Below, piece after piece: positions 25,380 to 28,007 of a stretch of DNA of 28,007 nt (position 1 is the first letter of the stretch; each line of letters begins with the position of its first letter). Origin of the DNA: a virus (Duplodnaviria > Caudoviricetes); IMG/VR virus record IMGVR_UViG_3300038673_000807, positions 1 through 28,007 of that record. One strand, 5' to 3'. A program made the position numbers and the translations under genes. The notes under the pieces were generated by a model, which saw only the letters and a program-made list of their open reading frames with translations, was not told the DNA's origin and ran no database searches.

Positions 25380-28006
25380 ACGTACTCATTAAATATATTC
25401 CTAATTTCATGAAGTTTGACGGACGTGAGCAGCAGGATGTCCATATTGAAATTTTAGGATCTACGACAGTACGTAATGTCCTGAATCAATCCGGGTTTAA
25501 ATATGCCGGCATGCGCGTGATTGCCAATTCTCAGAAAATCGATGATATTGATAATACTTTTGTAACCGATGGCGCGCAGATAATTATTACCAATCATATC
25601 CGGATCGGGGTCCTGGCTAAAGCTGCAGCATTTCTTATTAAGGGATTTATCAAGCACTGGGTAAGTTGGTCTATTTTTATTACTACCACCGCTTATGGCG
25701 TTTATTCATCCCTACAAAGAGCCCGAACACCAACGTATGGTGTTGATGCGGAAGGGATTGATGAGGGATCTGCGGCTGCATCTTGGGATGGGGTAACGAC
25801 CACTCAGGATGTGGGGATTCCTATCCCGGTATGTTTTGGCGAGGTCCGGGTCGGCGGGAATATCATTAACCAGTATTTACGGAGTGACGGGGATAACAGC
25901 TACCTGAATGTGCTTTTGGGATTATGTCAAGGTGAGATTGAATCTATCGGTGACATTCTTATTAATGATAATCCGATTGAGAATTTCTCGGGAATTATCA
26001 CGTATCTGCGGTATGGAACGACATCCCAGTCGGCGATTCCTAATTTTGGGGATCTTCATAATGTGATTGGGGTGAGTGCCGGGACATTATTAAAAAATGT
26101 CCCGTATATTTACACCACCATCGATGCGGATATTGAAGCGTTTGAGTTGATTTTTACCATTCCTTCGCTGTTTCAGGTGAACACATCATCCGGAGCTATT
26201 GAATCATGGAGCGTAACATATCAGGTTGAAATTCGAGTAAACGGCACGTCTTCCTGGACAGATTTAGGAAGCACCACAATCAGCGCTAAAAGCCGGACAA
26301 CACTCAGGCGTACATACCGGAAAACCGGATTATCTGCGAATAAATACGATATCCGTATTACCCGGACGTCTGATGACAGTTCGCTGGATCCGCAAAGAGA
26401 AGGCGATATCTCCTTACATGCCGTTGATGAGATCAAAACCGGGAACCTTAATTATCCAGATGTGGCATTATTTGGTGTTGAGGCCTTGGCGACCAACCAA
26501 TTATCCGGCGCGACCCCGAATTTTTCAATATTGCTTAAGGGTTTAAAAGTGGATGTCCCCCAAGTCATGAATGGAGCCGTTGAAGTTGATTGGGAAGATT
26601 ATTACTGGGATACCAGTACATCACAAAACCGGCGGTTTTCCGATGACGCCGTTTTGTCCTGGGATGGGACTACGTATGTAAAGCGGTATTCCGCCAACCC
26701 TATTTGGTGTTTGCGATATTTATTTATAAACAATGTTTGGGGCCTGGGGGATCAGATAGACTCCAGCCAGATATCCAATTCTGAATATCTTTATATGAGC
26801 CGGATTTGTGAACGCAAGGTGGATGATGGGGAGGGTGGGTATGAAAAGCTGTACCGGCTCGATGTCGTTATCGACAGTTTAACGAAAGCCATGGACGTAA
26901 TATCCCAATTGGCTGCGACATTTGATACATTTGTGTTTTACAGCGAAGGCATGGTCAAACTCAAAATCGATATTGATGAAGATCCAATTCAACTGTTTGG
27001 TATGGGAAATATCATAGAGGGCAGCTTGTCAGAGCAGTGGAAGTCCAAAAAAGAGGCATACAACATGATCCGGATGCAGTTCACGGATAAGGATAAAGAT
27101 TACCGTATGGAAACGATATCTGTGATTGAGGATGATGCCATTATTAACGGAGAACCATTAAGGACAAAGGACATCCGTTTGCATACGGCAAAAATGTCGT
27201 ATGCATTACGGGCGGCCAGGCGGGAGCTAAAGGTCGCACGAAACATCAACCATTCTATCGAATTCAAAGTGGGGATTGAGTCTTTGGCTATAACACCGGG
27301 TGATCCCATCGGATTCTCTCATGATGTCCCGGGGATAGGGTTTTCCGGAAGGGTAAAGGCTGGTAGCACGGCATACGCGGTCAAGATTGATCAAACTGTC
27401 ACAATTGAAAGCGGGAAATCGTATAAAATTGCCGTCCAATTCTCCAACGATTCCATCGAAGAGCGGACCGTGACTAATTCCCCAGGGAATACGGATGTAA
27501 TTACCGTTTCGGCCCCGTTTACGGACGCGCCGGCAGCTTTTAATGTCTATGCTCTCGGGGAGGTTGATATCTATTATAAAAAATACCGGGTGGTATCGAT
27601 GTCTTGGGATAAAGACTTTATCGCTACTCTGCAGGCCATTGAAATGAGTTCCAACGTATACGATTATTCTGCGCCGGTGATCCCTCAGACCAGATATTCA
27701 TCTTTGACAACCGAGATCCAAGATGTTGAGGACCTGGCGTTGACAGAGATGGTCCGCAGAGCCCAGGATGGCACAATTTTTAATACGATAGAGGTGTGGT
27801 GGTTGAAGCCGGTCGATACCGCATATCACTTGAGCAAATGGCAGAAAGCAAAGATTTACTTGTCGGAAAATGATGGTGTTAGCTGGGTTATGGTGGGAGA
27901 GTCGTCCGGGGAAAGTTTTATCATTAATGAGAACATCCAAACCGGGAAAACGTACATGGTGGCGGTTACCCGCGTATCCGTTAACGGTATGGAGAGTGCT
28001 ATTGAT
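25376..28006 (+). CDS. Central tail tip / host specificity protein, gpI-gpJ fusion, 3'-partial
   Basis: Absent from the ORF track because it runs off the window. ATG 25376 overlaps the upstream TGA. Manual translation gives MNVLIKYIPN..., GIPIPVCFGEVRVGGNII, LLGLCQGEIESI, YDIRITRTS and YSANPIWCL. Confidence 0.88.
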   Translation, partial: MNVLIKYIPNFMKFDGREQQDVHIEILGSTTVRNVLNQSGFKYAGMRVIANSQKIDDIDNTFVTDGAQIIITNHIRIGVLAKAAAFLIKGFIKHWVSWSIFITTTAYGVYSSLQRARTPTYGVDAEGIDEGSAAASWDGVTTTQDVGIPIPVCFGEVRVGGNIINQYLRSDGDNSYLNVLLGLCQGEIESIGDILINDNPIENFSGIITYLRYGTTSQSAIPNFGDLHNVIGVSAGTLLKNVPYIYTTIDADIEAFELIFTIPSLFQVNTSSGAIESWSVTYQVEIRVNGTSSWTDLGSTTISAKSRTTLRRTYRKTGLSANKYDIRITRTSDDSSLDPQREGDISLHAVDEIKTGNLNYPDVALFGVEALATNQLSGATPNFSILLKGLKVDVPQVMNGAVEVDWEDYYWDTSTSQNRRFSDDAVLSWDGTTYVKRYSANPIWCLRYLFINNVWGLGDQIDSSQISNSEYLYMSRICERKVDDGEGGYEKLYRLDVVIDSLTKAMDVISQLAATFDTFVFYSEGMVKLKIDIDEDPIQLFGMGNIIEGSLSEQWKSKKEAYNMIRMQFTDKDKDYRMETISVIEDDAIINGEPLRTKDIRLHTAKMSYALRAARRELKVARNINHSIEFKVGIESLAITPGDPIGFSHDVPGIGFSGRVKAGSTAYAVKIDQTVTIESGKSYKIAVQFSNDSIEERTVTNSPGNTDVITVSAPFTDAPAAFNVYALGEVDIYYKKYRVVSMSWDKDFIATLQAIEMSSNVYDYSAPVIPQTRYSSLTTEIQDVEDLALTEMVRRAQDGTIFNTIEVWWLKPVDTAYHLSKWQKAKIYLSENDGVSWVMVGESSGESFIINENIQTGKTYMVAVTRVSVNGMESAID

Positions 28007-28007
28007 C

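Noticed and set aside
91-27940. Minus-strand and alternate-frame short ORFs in the ORF track
   Set aside because: Nearly all are shadows of long, motif-bearing + strand genes or of the DGR non-coding region, and none has recognisable features.

Overview
A + strand-only segment of a lambda-like (siphovirus-type) phage or prophage. From 1 to ~1500 it holds the 3' part of a diversity-generating retroelement (DGR): the end of an avd-like gene, an AAY-rich template repeat for a CLec/DUF1566-type variable region, and a DGR reverse transcriptase. I found no target VR in the window. Next come a lambda cosQ-like packaging site, a C-terminally truncated ParB-DNA methyltransferase, TerS, GpA-type TerL and an Ogr-like zinc finger. 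Between TerL and the gpW/portal genes lies an unexpected ~7 kb block with its own promoter, encoding four signal-peptide-bearing proteins, one with a GH50/agarase-like catalytic region. The rest is a near-canonical lambda head-tail order: Ig-fused gpW, portal, S49 protease/scaffold, cement protein, MCP, head-tail joining genes, tail tube, frameshifted tail chaperone, tape measure, M-, L- and K-like proteins, and a gpI-gpJ fusion running off the window. All family calls come from motif reading and gene order, not database searches.
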